Positions 39,795 through 53,985 of a stretch of DNA of 64,000 nucleotides are shown one piece after another. Both the position numbers and the translations under genes were made by a program. Position 1 is the first letter of the stretch, and each line of letters starts with the position of its first letter. This stretch comes from Camelus dromedarius (lineage: Eukaryota). The notes below the pieces were generated by a model. That model did not search any database, was not told where the DNA came from, and saw nothing but the letters and a program-made list of their open reading frames with translations. The stretch is taken from assembly GCF_036321535.1 (NCBI RefSeq), contig NC_087437.1:97590001-97654000 (forward strand), written 5' to 3'.

Positions 39795-41600
39795 TAATCT
39801 GCTCATCAAATATGTGTCGGATATTACACTAGTTACTGAGCTACAGTAGTGAACAAGAAAGCCAGGGTCCCTGGACTCTAAGGGCTTGAATTCTAGAGAG
39901 GAAGCCTGGTGCAGACATCCACTTAAACAAAGAGAAGAAATCATTACAAAATGATTACATTACAAAATGTGTTCACATACAAAATTAAACAAGGAACTGA
40001 ATATACAACAAGGGTGTTGGGGGAAACATCAAAGAATTGACTTTAACCACTTTTTTCAAGTGATAATGTTTAAGCTTAGACCTGAGAATAACAAGAGTTA
40101 GCCTTGCATACTGTGGGAAAGAGTCTAGAGAAACCAGAATATTTAAGGACCCTGATAGGAAGACAGTGTTGGCAGACACAAGGAACTGAAACTATGAATC
40201 TGGTTTGAGTAAACCAGGGAGGAAATACTGATGAGATGTGACTGAAAGATAAGAAGATGTGAAACTATACAGGACTTCATTGGTAATGGCAAAAACTGTA
40301 GGCTTTAGTCCAAGTACACTGAAAAGTACAGAGAGGTATGAACTGATAGACATTTTAAGAGAACACTATCACTTGGGTTTCTATCTATTCTTGGGTCTCT
40401 ATGTAGCAAATAGAGTATAGGGAGTTAAGAATGAAATTAAGTAGACTAATGATGAGGCTAGATAATGGATTAGGTAAGACAAGATATGGATCTGACTGGA
40501 CTGGACATTAGAAAAAATAAATGCAAAAATTCTAAATATATTTGGAGCCAAAATATTTTTTAATGAATGTTGGATTGGATATGGTGGGAATATAGAAGGA
40601 AGACACAAAAATGACCTATAAGTTCATGTTTTCTCTGAATGATCCATGTACTGGGTCAAGGGAGGCATGGACTCTCAGAGGAAAGGTCTGAGCCAGACTC
40701 TAAAACTAGAAATCACCAGCTCTTTATGTATAGAAATGGTGTTGAGAGCTTAGAGACAGTATGTAGAGAGAGAGAAGAGTGATTAGGATGGAGCCCATGG
40801 AGCCCAAAGAAATAACAATATTTAAAGTTTGGGTAGGGGAATAGAAATAAAAATTGCTCTATTAATGGTGGGGGAACAGAACTCAGGATATTAGCAAGAG
40901 AGTGTTAAAGCTAAACCATAACATCTAAAATTTAAAATATGGAAATTGAAAACAGGAGAATATTGACAGATTATGAGGGAACAGCAAAAGCTGTGGCCTA
41001 GGGTGAGTGTCAATGAAGATGAAGAATGGTAGGCATAATTGTAGGATAATTGAGCAAATGAGCTAGAAGAGGAATGATCCCAGAAGATAATTTGCCATCA
41101 AGATCTTGGGAGTACATACAATGTTATAGAAACAACCTCAGATTTGGCCATGGGAGGGGTAACTGAAGCAGAGGGGAAAAAATACAATGGAGACAAGGAT
41201 GTCAAGAAACAGAAAACAGGGAATTTTGATGTTCCTTCCACATGGACGTTGAAGTCACTGAAAATGACAAGACGACTTGGCTAAAGATTAGAGCAAGGAT
41301 TTAAAGCCTTACATAACTGACAGTTATGAGCAGGAGGTCTATTGATGTCAACAATACAAAAAGAACATGGCTACTATTTCCAAAGGGTTTGTGTTTCAAA
41401 GGAAGAGTATGATTGGCAAGAAGGATTACAAACAGCAACGTGGAAGCTGCAATGGGGAACAAGAAGAACTTCTGGTTGAAAAGTATGTGGAGAATGAGAA
41501 AAAGACTAGTCTCCATTTATGAAGACTACAGAAAAGTCTTCCTTTGGTGTCAATTAAGTTTCATTTTAAGAGAATTAAAGAGGCAATGCAGAACCTTAGC
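39795..41600 (-). mobile_element. L2 LINE (fragmented)
   Basis: catcaaatat...gtgaacaaga...gtccctg...ttctag start, purine-rich reverse L2 body, and cacatggacgttgaagtcac. Confidence 0.65.
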
Positions 41601-41938
41601 AGCAGTCACTTTTATACTTTTATAGTTTCCAGTAGCTCAGTAAGTACTATGTAAAATTAAGTTTAACACAAAGGTGTAGTACAATTCCAATGGCATAGAA
41701 TCTTCTGCAAAATCTCCGAGACCAGATAATTCTTTGTTTTCCTAACCTTCTCCTTGTACTACAAAATTTACTTCATCTTATTCAATAATGAACAGTATTA
41801 GTCCATTAAAATACACACACAAACCGAGTGTGCATATGTGGCAACCAGTTGTAGATCATTTTGACGCTATATTCAAAGTAAATAAATCATTCTATAACCT
41901 GAAAGCATGGAGATTTTGAGAAATTAAAATATCTTTTT

Positions 41939-42819
41939 TGTTCAATATTGCTAATTGTCAGAGAAATGTAAATCAAAACTATAATGAAGTATCACCTTAC
42001 ACCAGTAAGAATGGCCATCATTCAAAAGTTCATGAACAATAACTGCTGGAGAGGGTGTGGAGAAAAGGAAATTCTCCTACATTGTTGGTGGGAATGTAGT
42101 TTGGTGCAGCCATTATGGAAAACAGTATGGAGATTCCTTAAAAAACTAAAAATTGACTTAACATATGATCCAGCAATCCCACTCCTGGGCATATATCCAG
42201 AGGGAACTAATTTAAAAAGATACATGCACCCCAATATTCATAGCAGCACTATTTACAATGGCCAAGTCATGGATGGAAACAACCAAAATGTTCATTGACA
42301 GATGACAGATAAAGAAGTTGTGGTATATTTATACAATGGAATATTACTCAGCTATAAATAGAATAAAATAATTCCATTTGCAGCACTATGGATGGACCTG
42401 GAGATCATCATTCTAAGTGAAGTAAGCCAGAAAGAGAAAGAAAAATACCATATGATATCACTTATATGTGATATCTTTAAAAAAAAAAACACAAATGAAC
42501 TTATTTACAAAACAGAGACAGACTCACAGACATAGAAAACAAACTTATGGTTATCAGGGGGGAAAGGAGGTAGAAAGGGATACATTGGGAGTCTGAGATT
42601 TGCAGATACTAACTACTATATATAAAATAAACAACAAGTTTCTGCTGTATAGCACAATATCTTGTAGTAACCTATAATGAAAAATATGAAAAGGAATATG
42701 TATGTGTATGTATGACTGAACTATTATGCTGTACACCAGGAATTGATGTAACATTGTAAACTGTCTATACTTCAATCAAAAAAAGAATAAAAGAAAAATG
42801 TTCACTGAAAATAAAAAAA
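41939..42819 (+). mobile_element. 5'-truncated, relatively young L1 (ORF2 C-terminal cysteine-rich region plus 3' UTR) with TSD
   Basis: ORF 41984..42298 gives YHLTPVRMAII...[33 protein letters not shown]....[12 protein letters not shown] (L1 ORF2p). A-rich tail; 13-bp TSD aaaatatcttttt at 41926-41938 and 42820-42832. Confidence 0.95.
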
Positions 42820-45787
42820 AAAATATCTTTTTATAAAAGAAGTTAGATTGACTACAAAAAAAAAGATAAGGAGCCCAACTTTGGAAGCTGGCTCAGCTAA
42901 GTCATCCTTGTCTCACTGGCACGACATCAAAAAACAAGACAGCGCTGGCAGAGTCTTTAAAGGAAGTGAAAGTCACCTATCTAAGGCTCAACTCTAGATT
43001 GCTTGGCCAAGATATAGTATCTGGATGAGAGTTCGCTGACTCAAATTAAATTTGTGAAGATGAAGTAGATACTTGTTAAAATAAAAGATCTATTTAGGGA
43101 GACATAGGCAGACATAGTGCTTATACTATTGGATAGGTGTACACTTGCTTTCTATAAAAATAGCTTGCTGTTTTTTCCTAGACAGAGCTAACTTAAAAAG
43201 AAAAAAAGCATGAAATTAGAAAAAACTATGGTATTATGGCATATATATTTACATATATCATAAGTGATATAATCATGTGATATGTATATATGTGTCGTGT
43301 ATATGAAATACACACACATGTGTATGTGCATGTATGTGTATACTGGAGTTTGCTGTAGATCTTCAGCCATTGTACTATCTTCTATTAACTGTAGACTCCA
43401 AACAAGACAAACATAGCATTTTATTTCAGGGCCAGCTACAGTGAGTAGAAAAATGAGAATATGTTAAATCAATATAGTATGTGCCCCTTGCTTTCTGTAA
43501 TTCTGAGTTTCTATATGTCACAGTATTTTGATTTCTCTGCTATATGCAGCCATCATAGCATTTGGGAAATTCCACAAGACACTTTGTTCATGTGGATTTG
43601 GAAAAGGGAATAGACTAACAACGCTTTGCTTTGCTCTGTACTCTATGTGCAACATCCATTTTGTTCTGTCTGCTAGTGTTAGCTGGTGATTACTCATGAC
43701 TCTACATGGAAGAGCTAGTTTAAGGGGCAATAGTCTTCAAGTTAAGAAACCTGTTAGGCTCAGTTATTAACGGGGTGAATGACCTTGTAAGAGTTATCTA
43801 ACCTAACATTAATTCTTGTCTGTGGTAAATTGAAGGGGATGCACTTGTCCCACAGGTTACATTTATGTTGATTTTAATAGACTTATCCTGCTAGATAGTA
43901 AATTTTATAACACAGAACTTTTTTTTAGACTGCAGTATTCCACAAGACCCATTAACTTCTCTTTCCCAACTTCAAGAAATGCAGAATAAAAATTAACTCC
44001 CTTCTAATTCAGGGGGAAATACCTGAACAACATTATGTATAATTTACTATTTAAACATATCTAAAACCAAGCAGTTTCATAGTTATAAGCTCATTAGAGG
44101 GCCTTGACTTGGAATGTGGAGGAGAATGATCCTCTCTCTTTATTCCAATTCTGCCTCCAATGCCCTAAAGTTTTATTTACACTCAAAAATTAGAATCCCA
44201 TCTGAGAGAGCTTGCCCAAATGAGAAAACAGGCTAATTTCTCAATAAAAGTGCTAGATAATAATAAATGCGTTTCTGGTCAAGGCACTGGGATTCTGGAA
44301 ATAATCATCTTCCTAATGAGATGCAGGAATTGTGACTTTAAACAGTTAGTCTGTAATATCTGCCAAGTTCAATTCAGCTTCATTTTAAGGGCCTTCTACT
44401 GTTAGGGCCAAGTATAATGACTCAAATTAGTGAACTTAAAAATTGCTTTAAAATGTTTGATGGAGACATTTCAAATCACGATCTGAGATTTTTTGCTGCT
44501 ACTTTTACTGAATTCAATTTGCTGCCAAGATTTAATCAGATTAATCAAGATACCTTAAACTGTAGAACATATCATTCCTTATAAACACCTTAAGAACTTT
44601 AGAGTGGGTCAAATCTAGAAGGTATGTTTTTTGTAAGAATGTGCTAGGGTGAATTAATTGTATTTAGCTTTATTTACAGAAGGTTTTAACAAAGTCAACT
44701 TGGGAAATTAGGAAACATTTTGTAAAAAAACCTTCTAGAGGAAGTTAAATTACTGAAAAATAATTTCAATTTATGAATCTAATAGTATCACTCAGAAAAT
44801 AAAGAAAAAGTAATTGTAAAACTTTATAGAGGTAATCTGTTATAAAATTGTGTTAATAATTTCTATCAGATACTTTCCACATCACAAGGCTATTTTAAGA
44901 ATTTTATTTCTTGTCTATCAAAGCCTCCACTCCCTGTGTGAACTCCCTCCAGACTTAATGATCAACATATTTGTCGGATTTGTTTCAGTTTACAAAAGAT
45001 TTTTTTTTAAAAATCAAATCCAAAGGCATACTATATTTGGAAACTCTCATTAGAAGGAATAGTTTTTTAGTTTTAAGAAAATATGACTAATTTAATTTAG
45101 TGACCGATTATCAAGTTAGAGATCTTGAGTGAATTCAACCTTTCATAATCTTATTTGCTTTTAATCCTGCTGCTCTGGAAAACTGTCAGGTATCACTTTG
45201 CTCCTTCCCAGAAGTTTCTCTATCACTACTGTCACATATTTCATCTGTTTCCACCACTAGACTACGTCTGCATTACTGAACATAATGTTCCACACATAAA
45301 TGGTTGGTGAATATATTACTAGAATGGACAATAGAAATCAGACTACCAGTGGCATATCCTGTTGCCCCATATTCTGGTCTTCAGTTCAAGTAACTCAAGT
45401 TGCTTTCACAACCCTAACCCTTTTGGGGAATATTGGTCCAATTATCCTGAATCATGACACTCTTGAAATAAAATTATTAATGATAGTGCCAGAAAGATTA
45501 TGGATTATCCAACACAATTTTTGATTCAACATCCATGCCTCATACAATAGGAGGACATGTTTATGACTTGATTAGTCTTCGAGTGACACCCCTGTTTTAA
45601 GTCCACATAGTGTTTGTATACATCATCTTCCATACATAGTTCATTTTATTTCAGTTCTCATTATTCTACAGTTTATCTACTGTTCTTATTGTTCCGATAT
45701 GAAGGACTTTCTTAAGAAAATTCATTCTCAATTATTTCTCGCCATGTCCAACTCAATTTGATACACCATCTACCGAAAAAAAAAAAT

Positions 45788-46267
45788 TCCAGTTTCTTAT
45801 TGCTGCTGTAACCATAAACTCAGTGGCCTAGAATGATACAACAGATGTTTATTTTATTAAAGTTCTGGTGGTCAGAAGTCCAAAATCAGTCTTAGAGGGC
45901 TAAAATGAAGTCATTCTCAGAGCTTGTTTTTGTTTTGTTTTGCTCTGGAGGCTCTAGGTGAGAATCATTCTGAAGCTCAAGCATATTCCTTGGATTCCGA
46001 CACAAAATTTATCACTCCAACCTCTGCTTCAGTTATTTCATCTCCTTCCATGATTTTTCAGCCTCCCCCTCATAAGCTCCCTTGTGCTTACACTAGCTGA
46101 GACTGATAAATCAGGATATTCTCCTTATTCTAAGGTCAGATTATTAGAACTTTCCATTAATTCCATCTAGAACCTTAACTCTTCCTTGCCATGTAACGTA
46201 ACATATTCACAGGTTCTGGATGTTAGGACGCATACACCTTTGGAAGGCCATTACTCTACCCACCACA
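45788..46267 (-). mobile_element. MLT1 (ERVL-MaLR) solo LTR
   Basis: attgctgctgtaac...agttctggtggtcagaagtccaaaatca...catgtaacgtaacatattcacaggttctgga...ggccattactctacccaccaca. Confidence 0.85.
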
Positions 46268-47619
46268 TGAAGAAACTGGGGAAAGGTAAAATTATGTATA
46301 ATGCACTGTTAACTCTGGCAATGAAATGATACATTTTATAAAGATTTCTATCACAAACTGTTTTTAAATATTTTAGCTAGTAGATTGAGTTTTGGTATAT
46401 TCTAGGAAAAAAAAAAATCTCATGTCCGTGTTAATAAATCACACACAGTACAGTCTTCTTAAAATAAAAAAGGAATATTCAAAGCTACCTGACAATGGAA
46501 AAGAGACTATAGTCACTACGCCTGATTTCTGTCCCTTATACCCCGTCAATATGCACACATGCCAAATTTCCTTCCTGTCAGGATGCTGTTTCCCCAAGCT
46601 TAGCAGATGCCTTCATTCTCATCACTGTTCACATTGAGTCTTTTTCAATCTTATCTTCATTAGTGTCTTATTCCCAGCTTCTTATTTTTCTCCTCTGAAC
46701 TTGATTTTATTTCTTATGTATTCCACATGCTCACACACTTATTCTCTGCTTTACATCATTCCCTAGCTTTATGCATACAATTTTCCCCCACATAAGTTGC
46801 TTTCTCTGTAGGACTTACCATACTAGTGCTATCACAGAGCTCAGGCTCTGTCTCCAGCCTAGAATTTAGTGTCTTCTGGTTTCTAGCCTAAATTAAACTT
46901 CATAATTAAGCAAAGTCCCCATTTGAGGAAATAGTAGCACTTCCTCCCCTAGAAGTCTGTAATGTACAGAAACACATTTGAGAACACAAATGACTTTTAT
47001 GTCGAGAAGCCAGATGCATTTCATGCCTATGTGTGCTTAGGGAAGCAAGTTCATCTCATATATCACAATAAGCATCTGTTCCACTAAATTCCACCGCCAG
47101 ATACTCATCACACTTAGGCAACAAAACGCTTAAGGAAATAAAGGCTCTATACAATTAAAAAAAAAAAAAAAGTACATCCGAAAGCTTTATTTATTAAAAA
47201 AAAAAAAATTTCCTTAATCAGTTAAGCCCAGAGAAGGAAGTACTAAAAACAATCAACAAATCATTGAAATCTAGGTTCTAATAAGGCATCTTGGCCATCC
47301 CCCTGTATAAAATTTAGAGAAAGTGATGTGTGATTGATTGTATATTTGAAAGGCTGTTTTCAACAGCAAAGGGTGTTCTGAGGTTTGAATACACCACTGA
47401 AAATGCAGAAGCTTAAAAGAACTAACCGAAAACCAACTACATAAACACGAACCTGCAAACAACTGCATAGGTGTATATGTATAACAGGAGAAAATCCACA
47501 CTGTGATTTTGTTAAAATAGTATAAGCATCTACATATAAATGATTTTCTCTATTATTTTTTGCTTTTTGATTATGAACAACAGTCTCTGATACATTTATT
47601 CACATAAGGCTCTTGATGT

Positions 47620-48085
47620 TTCCGGCCAACGTACCTTGCCATTTTTTTCTGTTGGATTACTAATCTTTTTTTATTGATCTGTTGGAACTATTTGTATGTC
47701 AGATATATCAAATGAACTGCAAACACTTTTTCCAGATTTGAAACTTGTTTTTTATACCTACTAGTGGTGACTTTTGAAATATAAAAGTTTTCTATTTTAA
47801 CGAAGTCCAATCCATCAATCTGTTCCTTATTCTGTCTTTGGTCAGGGCTATACTTAGAAAATAAATTTCTCCCTAATATTATAAATGGCATTTGCTTCTA
47901 GGGTTCTAGGGTTTTTTCTTTATATTTTGAGACATTTACTTGATACTTACTCTGAAATTAATATTTATGAATGGTGCCTTATAATTTTTGTGACTAAGCA
48001 ACACAGAGCCAATTATTTCAACAACATTTTATACTTTTATCATTTTCCCACTGTTCTGAAAGACTGCCTTTATCATATATCAATC
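47620..48085 (-). mobile_element. Ancient L1 ORF2 fragment
   Basis: The minus ORF reads IDGLDFVKIENFYISKVTTSRYKKQVSNLEKVFA, similar to L1 ORF2p IDKWDYIKLKSFCTAKETI.RVKRQPTEWEKIFA. Confidence 0.8.
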
Positions 48086-50469
48086 CGATTTTAAGTTTAT
48101 TGAATTATGTCCCAGCATAACAGACTTACTAGTCTATCACTATTCCCCCAAGGGATGGGTGGAGGAATAGCTTTCTTACGTTTTAAGTGGGCAAGTAACA
48201 CAACATGGTTTAAGTGACAACTGAACTAGACAGAAACTTGAATTTCTGGATCTGAACTGTGTTTCAGCTTGACCAATCTTTTGTCCCACACATTTGCCTG
48301 TGAGGGTAGGGACTGAATTTTGTTTCTGGTTGGATTTCCACCGCTTAAAATTGTGTTGGGTACTGAATAGATGCTCACAAACAGCTGTTTAATGGTTCGT
48401 TACATTGACAGATACCCAATTTTTCATTGCAGTGGCAGTACCATACACTAAGTCATTTTAACTGGCTTTTCGCTGTCAAGAGTAAAACATTCATTCACAT
48501 GGTTTTACACATGCACACTTTACAGTGGCACACTGCTTTCAAAATATTCACAAGGATTATATGAAATGTGTTGATCCTAGAGGTTTGGTCACAAAGAAAG
48601 CCATAAATCTGAAGCATAAAGAAGCAAAATATGAAAGATCAAATTACCAGGATTACCAGGATAAAAATTTACCCTGATTTTCTTCATTTTTTTGCTAATA
48701 AAGCAAAAAAAGTTATAAATGTAAAACTGAAAGTGCACGTGTATATATATATCACAAGCACTCATTTTTCATGATGCACACAGTTGTGCGAATACATACA
48801 AATAATACACTATCTTCTTTGTATTTATAATATACACATATATATGTATATACATAAATACAAATGATTTGCATAATAATTTCACGTCTATTCATTTCCT
48901 CAGCTAAAGACCAAAGAGAATTTAAAACAAAATCAATTATTCATTTAGAAGTGTTTTTAACCATTATCTACCCTTTTATCCTCATTTTTATGGCTCCTTA
49001 TATTGCCATTTTGTGACTATTTTGCCATCCTTTATATATATTTAAAACAGTCACCTTGAGAATTCATCCTTTGGCTAGTATCGCTAAGATCAATTTTGTG
49101 TGACTGTGTGTATGCAAACACACTTCACAAAGAAAGGTCAAGTGTAATATGTCACAAAAAGATTTAACCTCAAAACTGAAAATTATCTATACCTTTTTTC
49201 AGTTAAGAAAATTAACAAGGTAACTTCTCATTAGTAAACTTGTTTGCATTCTGTTTGCTTCCATCTGAATTGCCACATTGGTACACTGTATTGATAATCT
49301 GATACTTCACCACAGTAAATATGGGATAATACAAAAAATAAAAAATAAGTCAGTGAGTTCCAAGAAAATATATTTTTTCATAGATCAAATAATTTGAAGT
49401 TGTCAGTGAAACAGCAAGGTGAAAAAGGATGAAAGAGTTCTCAAGGCCAGTGAATAACAATAATGATGCTGTATTCCAAGCATCAATCACCATTACCACC
49501 AAGCTTTGATACCTATATTGCCAAATACTTCCTGTACAGCCTTAATGGTGATTAACAGATGTGCCATAGTGAAACTGAAATAAGACTCTGTAGACAAGTG
49601 ATATTCAAAAATGTTTGAAAATTTATTATTATTTCTATATCTGGAAATACTGCTTTTTTCAATGTTACCTACACAAATTTTGACTGTATTTACCTGATGT
49701 TTAGCAAATACAGTTTTATTAAACAATTTTCACATTTTCTGAACAATCACATTTGAGCTTGTAAGAGAGATCTACAACAAATTCCGATTATACAAAGTTT
49801 CTAGCAGTGGCAACAAAAGCACCTTACAATGCCTTTTAAGTCCTATCATCCTCAGCAGCACCACTCATCTTCCCTTCAGATAACTGATGTATTACCTAAG
49901 TCAAGTCCTACACAAACGTCCTCAGCATGAGCCCTCCAGCCTCTCCTTGCAGTCAGAATGCAGTTCCAAAGCCTCCCTGTAGGCGTCCTGCAGCCACCAC
50001 TGAAACACACACACTTGTCACAGGAACTGAAATGCCTCGCTTTACAAATTCAGAACTCACAATACTTTAAAAAAATGAATCAGATTTTTAAAAACTGTTT
50101 TGGAATACTTCACACTCTGTGTAATAAGTCATACAAGGATTAGACAACTCTTCATTCCAGCCTACCTTATCATATTTTCTCCTTGCTTTTTCCACACAGC
50201 CACAGCTAGCAACAGATTCACTGCTAAATTTCATTCACTGATTATCTCACAATAAATGATCTCAACAGCCATTTCTGAAGCCTCTGCTATTTTGGTTCTA
50301 TATAATCCTTGTACTTTTGAATGAGTTAGTTATTGTTTGAAAAGCCCTGACTTTAATTCTTGGAAAAGCCATCATTTCCTTCTATAAGCTTTGTAATAGC
50401 AAAGATCGATTAGGTCTGGTGACCAGACTAAAGAGAAAATTAATCATATTATTTCATATCAATTAATAA

Positions 50470-50770
50470 TAACATCATCATTTACCATCCTCAAATCGTG
50501 TGCTATGGATAATAGGTTTTCCACCCAGAAACAGTTGGTTGCATGAGCAACAAGAGGAAGACAACCAGCCACTTATACCCACACTGAGACATGTCCACAC
50601 ACTCTTGCTGCCACAGCCAAAGTAATGCCATATGTCCTCGGTGATGTGGGTGGACAAAAGTAACAGTTGGCCTGCTAAAGAGGGCCATATGTACACGCAG
50701 CCTAGCACTCCATCCTCCTTACTTATGGTTGCTGAAAACTCAGTTGAAGTCCCTGATCAGATGAATAGCA
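50470..50770 (-). mobile_element. Possible ancient RTE-clade LINE 3' end (MamRTE1-like), tentative
   Basis: A GC-richer island ending on the minus strand in ...gatttgaggatggtaaatgatgatg, with a Cys/His-containing degenerate frame. Family assignment is from memory only. Confidence 0.35.
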
Positions 50771-52165
50771 TGGCTCAAGAAGATGCTTTGTCAATAGAAG
50801 AAAAATACCGTTTATTGTACAACTATATCTCTGGGCATGGAAGCTAAAAATATGCTTGTGCATTAGTCTTCTTATTAAGACTTCCTTAAACATCAGCAGA
50901 GTTCCTTAGTCCAATCTCAACTCCCCTCAATAATGGATTTGCATTTAAAAGAGATGCATGTGCAGTCTCCTATTAAAATTGACCATTCATAATCATCCTT
51001 GTATAATTCCACATTACACAAACCTCATTTTTATCTGGATCTCCATAAAAAATTTTATTGCTTCTTTGATATTAAAAATATTAAAGACAGTGAGAAATGC
51101 TTAAGAACTTAAGAGTATTTGAATTAGAGTTTCTGGAGAGCAAGGAGGGAGCAATGAAGCAAAACTGCATTCCACACACATTACCTTTTACAAGGTAAAG
51201 GAAAACATGGATTTGGGGTGATTATAAATAGCTTTGTATCTCAACAAAGATTTCCTTTGGATTTTTCCACAACTGCAAAGACCATACAGCTATTGTACTG
51301 ATAATACAATTTATAGTTTTAAGGTCATTCCTAATACTGTGATCAGATAAGATAATTTACTTTTCTCTTAATGGCTTCTTTTTGACAAATGAGGGAGCTT
51401 TTAAGAAGGACAATGCTCCCTGCACAACAACCAGTAAAGCATGTCACATTCATTTACACATAATTTTAAGAAAAATGAACGACAAACTTGTGAGGCAGCA
51501 AGAATTCATTTGCATTAAATTAATTTGAACAGGGCATTCCACGTTCTCTTTGGCAACAATGGTATGGGCGAAATATGAATCCATCTCCATGCAACGGTTC
51601 TCTTTTGGGTTACAGAAAGATTTGAAAGCTAACATGACCATCATTAAATTTCTCCTGGAAGTCTACAATTAGTATATATAACTCATGAGATAGAATATTC
51701 ACAATGCACATTTATGAAGAGCACCAATTATTATGGAACCACTGGTCTGACATCCCCTTGAAAAGTATGTCCTGCCAAGTTTAAAAAAAAACCCAAGCTT
51801 TCTGTGGTTTCTAAGATGAATTTGGCTTTGTAAACAAGAGCTAAATCTCATGAATATGAACTATCATAGATATTGCCCTCTGTAATTTAAACCTAGGCAA
51901 TCCAGATGTTATCTTTGATAGGTTATTGATTTAATTAATATTTTTTGGCCATAGACATGCAAATAATTTCACTCACATTTAACTAAAACTAGATTTAATA
52001 AATTAAAGGGTGTTTAATTAATCGGCATGTTTGTTAGGAAAATTCCCCTTTGATGTATTGTAACGGATCTTAAAAAACTGATAGCCCTAAATACGCACTG
52101 CTATTCCATAGAGAAGCAAGCACATTAATTTCAGGGTGTCAGAGCACAAAAATATTATTATCATT

Positions 52166-52660
52166 TGCGGTAGGCTGACTAACAGCCCCCAGTGATGTTT
52201 TTCTCCTAATCCCCAGGCCCTGTGAATGTATTATTTTACATAATCAAATACACTTTGCAGGTGTGATTGAGTTAAGGGCACAAATGGGACAATTATCCTG
52301 GATCATCAGGTGAGCCCTAGGTAATCACAAGAGTTCTTGCAAGAGGGATGGAGGAAAATTCAGAGTTGAGAGGAAGAGGCAATGTAGAGACAGAGACAAA
52401 AATAGGAGAAATGCACCTTGAAAATAGATGAAGGGGCATAAACCAATGAATTCAGATCACTAAAAGCAGAAAAAGTCAAGTAAAGGAATTCTCCCTTCAA
52501 AATCTAAGGAAGGAACCAGATCTGTAGACGTCTTGATTTTAACCCAGTGAAACTGATTTTGGAACTCTGACCTCCAAAACCGTAAGACAGTAAATTTGTG
52601 TTGTTGATAAGCCATTAAGTTTGTGGTAATTTCTTACAGCAGCAGTAGGAAACCAACATA
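52166..52660 (+). mobile_element. MLT1D-like (ERVL-MaLR) solo LTR
   Basis: tgcggtaggctga...cctaatcccc...ctgtgaat...ctttgcaggtgtgatt...ttatcctggat...taagtttgtggtaatttcttacagcagcagtaggaaac. Confidence 0.9.
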
Positions 52661-53569
52661 ATAGGCAAAGGAAATAAAATGAAATAGTGATGAAATTGAG
52701 AGATCTCAGGATAAAAATGGGGTATTAAACTCAGTATCAGGATTTATCTCAGTAATGGTATTATATATTATTTGTTTATATTTGAGCCACATTATTGATA
52801 TCGTTATCATGGCCATGCAATCAATATGAATACATCATTATGTCTAATTTAGAGATGAAATTTCTCTATTCCAGCCTTTCTATAATTCCATGCAGATGGC
52901 CTTGAGCAACCCTGTATTTGATGAAGCTAATATCTTCATGTAAGCATCTTCCTGTTCAGCAGAGAAGTTACCTCTGAAATTAAATCCTGTTAAGCCAGTT
53001 GGGGGACAATATGTAGACGACGTGAACATTACTTTCCAAGACCACAGGGAGTGAGTTTGTGATGCTATCTTTGCCACTAGAATCGAAGTTAGTATGAAAG
53101 ATTTTCAAAGCAATGTTAAAAACATCATTTTTTCCTCTTGTTAAAAATAAATCATTGCCCAACTCTCCATTATATTTATGTTAATTGGATGAAGTCCAGA
53201 GTCCAGACATGAACTATGCTACCACAAATAGAAAACCATTTAAATAGAAGAACCTCACTTATTGCTAACAGAATGACAGTATAAAACTGTTGAGGGTGGA
53301 AAGGAATCAGTGCTGTGTGGGATAAATATTTCTCTTTTCTTATCAAAACTGGTCCTGAGACCTAGCATGCTTCTGCTCATGTGTGTAAGTACAGTAAAAG
53401 TTATAAAAATACTCCCTTGCACTTTTCTGGAGTTTAATGATTACAGAACTCCAGAAGAGAAGTAGGAGATGGCAATGTCTTGTGCAAGCCTGACACGGAA
53501 TCTGAGGAGGGAAATATAAAACCTGAAAACAACATCTAGAGTATCTCCACAGCATTATGTGGAGGGCAG

Positions 53570-53985
53570 GAAGAATACTTATTGAATGACTACCATGTGC
53601 TAAGTCTCTTATATAAATTATTTTATTGAATCTCTTTAATATACTGGAATATAATGGAAACTATAAAACAGGCATTTTATTCAGTTTATAGATAAAGAAA
53701 TGAGAAAACAGACAGGCAACTTGATCAATGCCACACAACTAAAAAAAAAGGCAGGACTAGGGTGAATAAAATGGCCATAATACAAGTAGCAGTCTCACCC
53801 GAATTGGACCTGGAACTAAGAAGCAAATATAAACAAAGATCCTATAAGTTAGATACTATTAATCTCCCCATTTCATAGAAGAAGCAACTGAGGTCAATAA
53901 AGGCTACAACATTTGTTTCACATAGCTAGCAAGAGACAATTTCAAACCCAGGTCTAGAAGACATATTACTCCAAGAAGCAAATGC
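53570..53985 (-). mobile_element. Two adjacent MIR fragments
   Basis: ttattgaatgactaccatgtgc...ttttatagataaagaaa and ccccatttcatagaagaagcaactgagg...tttcaaacccaggtct. Confidence 0.65.

Noticed and set aside
41984..42298. 104-aa ORF with a real protein match
   Set aside because: It is a fragment of L1 ORF2p in a 5'-truncated element and goes out of frame after GIYP; not a host gene.
13385..48662. Scattered 9-12 bp microduplications (e.g. near 13391, 16881, 30008, 40788, 48643)
   Set aside because: Ordinary slippage or repair duplications with no shared motif or periodicity.
49828..49999. Possible cassette exon in intron 1 (minus acceptor gtgtgtttcag at 50000, donors at 49895 or 49827)
   Set aside because: Splice signals are only moderate and such pairs are frequent by chance; no further support without RNA data.
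45788..52660. Two MLT1 LTRs about 5.9 kb apart as a possible provirus or dsRNA-forming pair
   Set aside because: They are in opposite orientation, visibly diverged from each other, and there is no MaLR internal sequence between them; independent solo LTRs.
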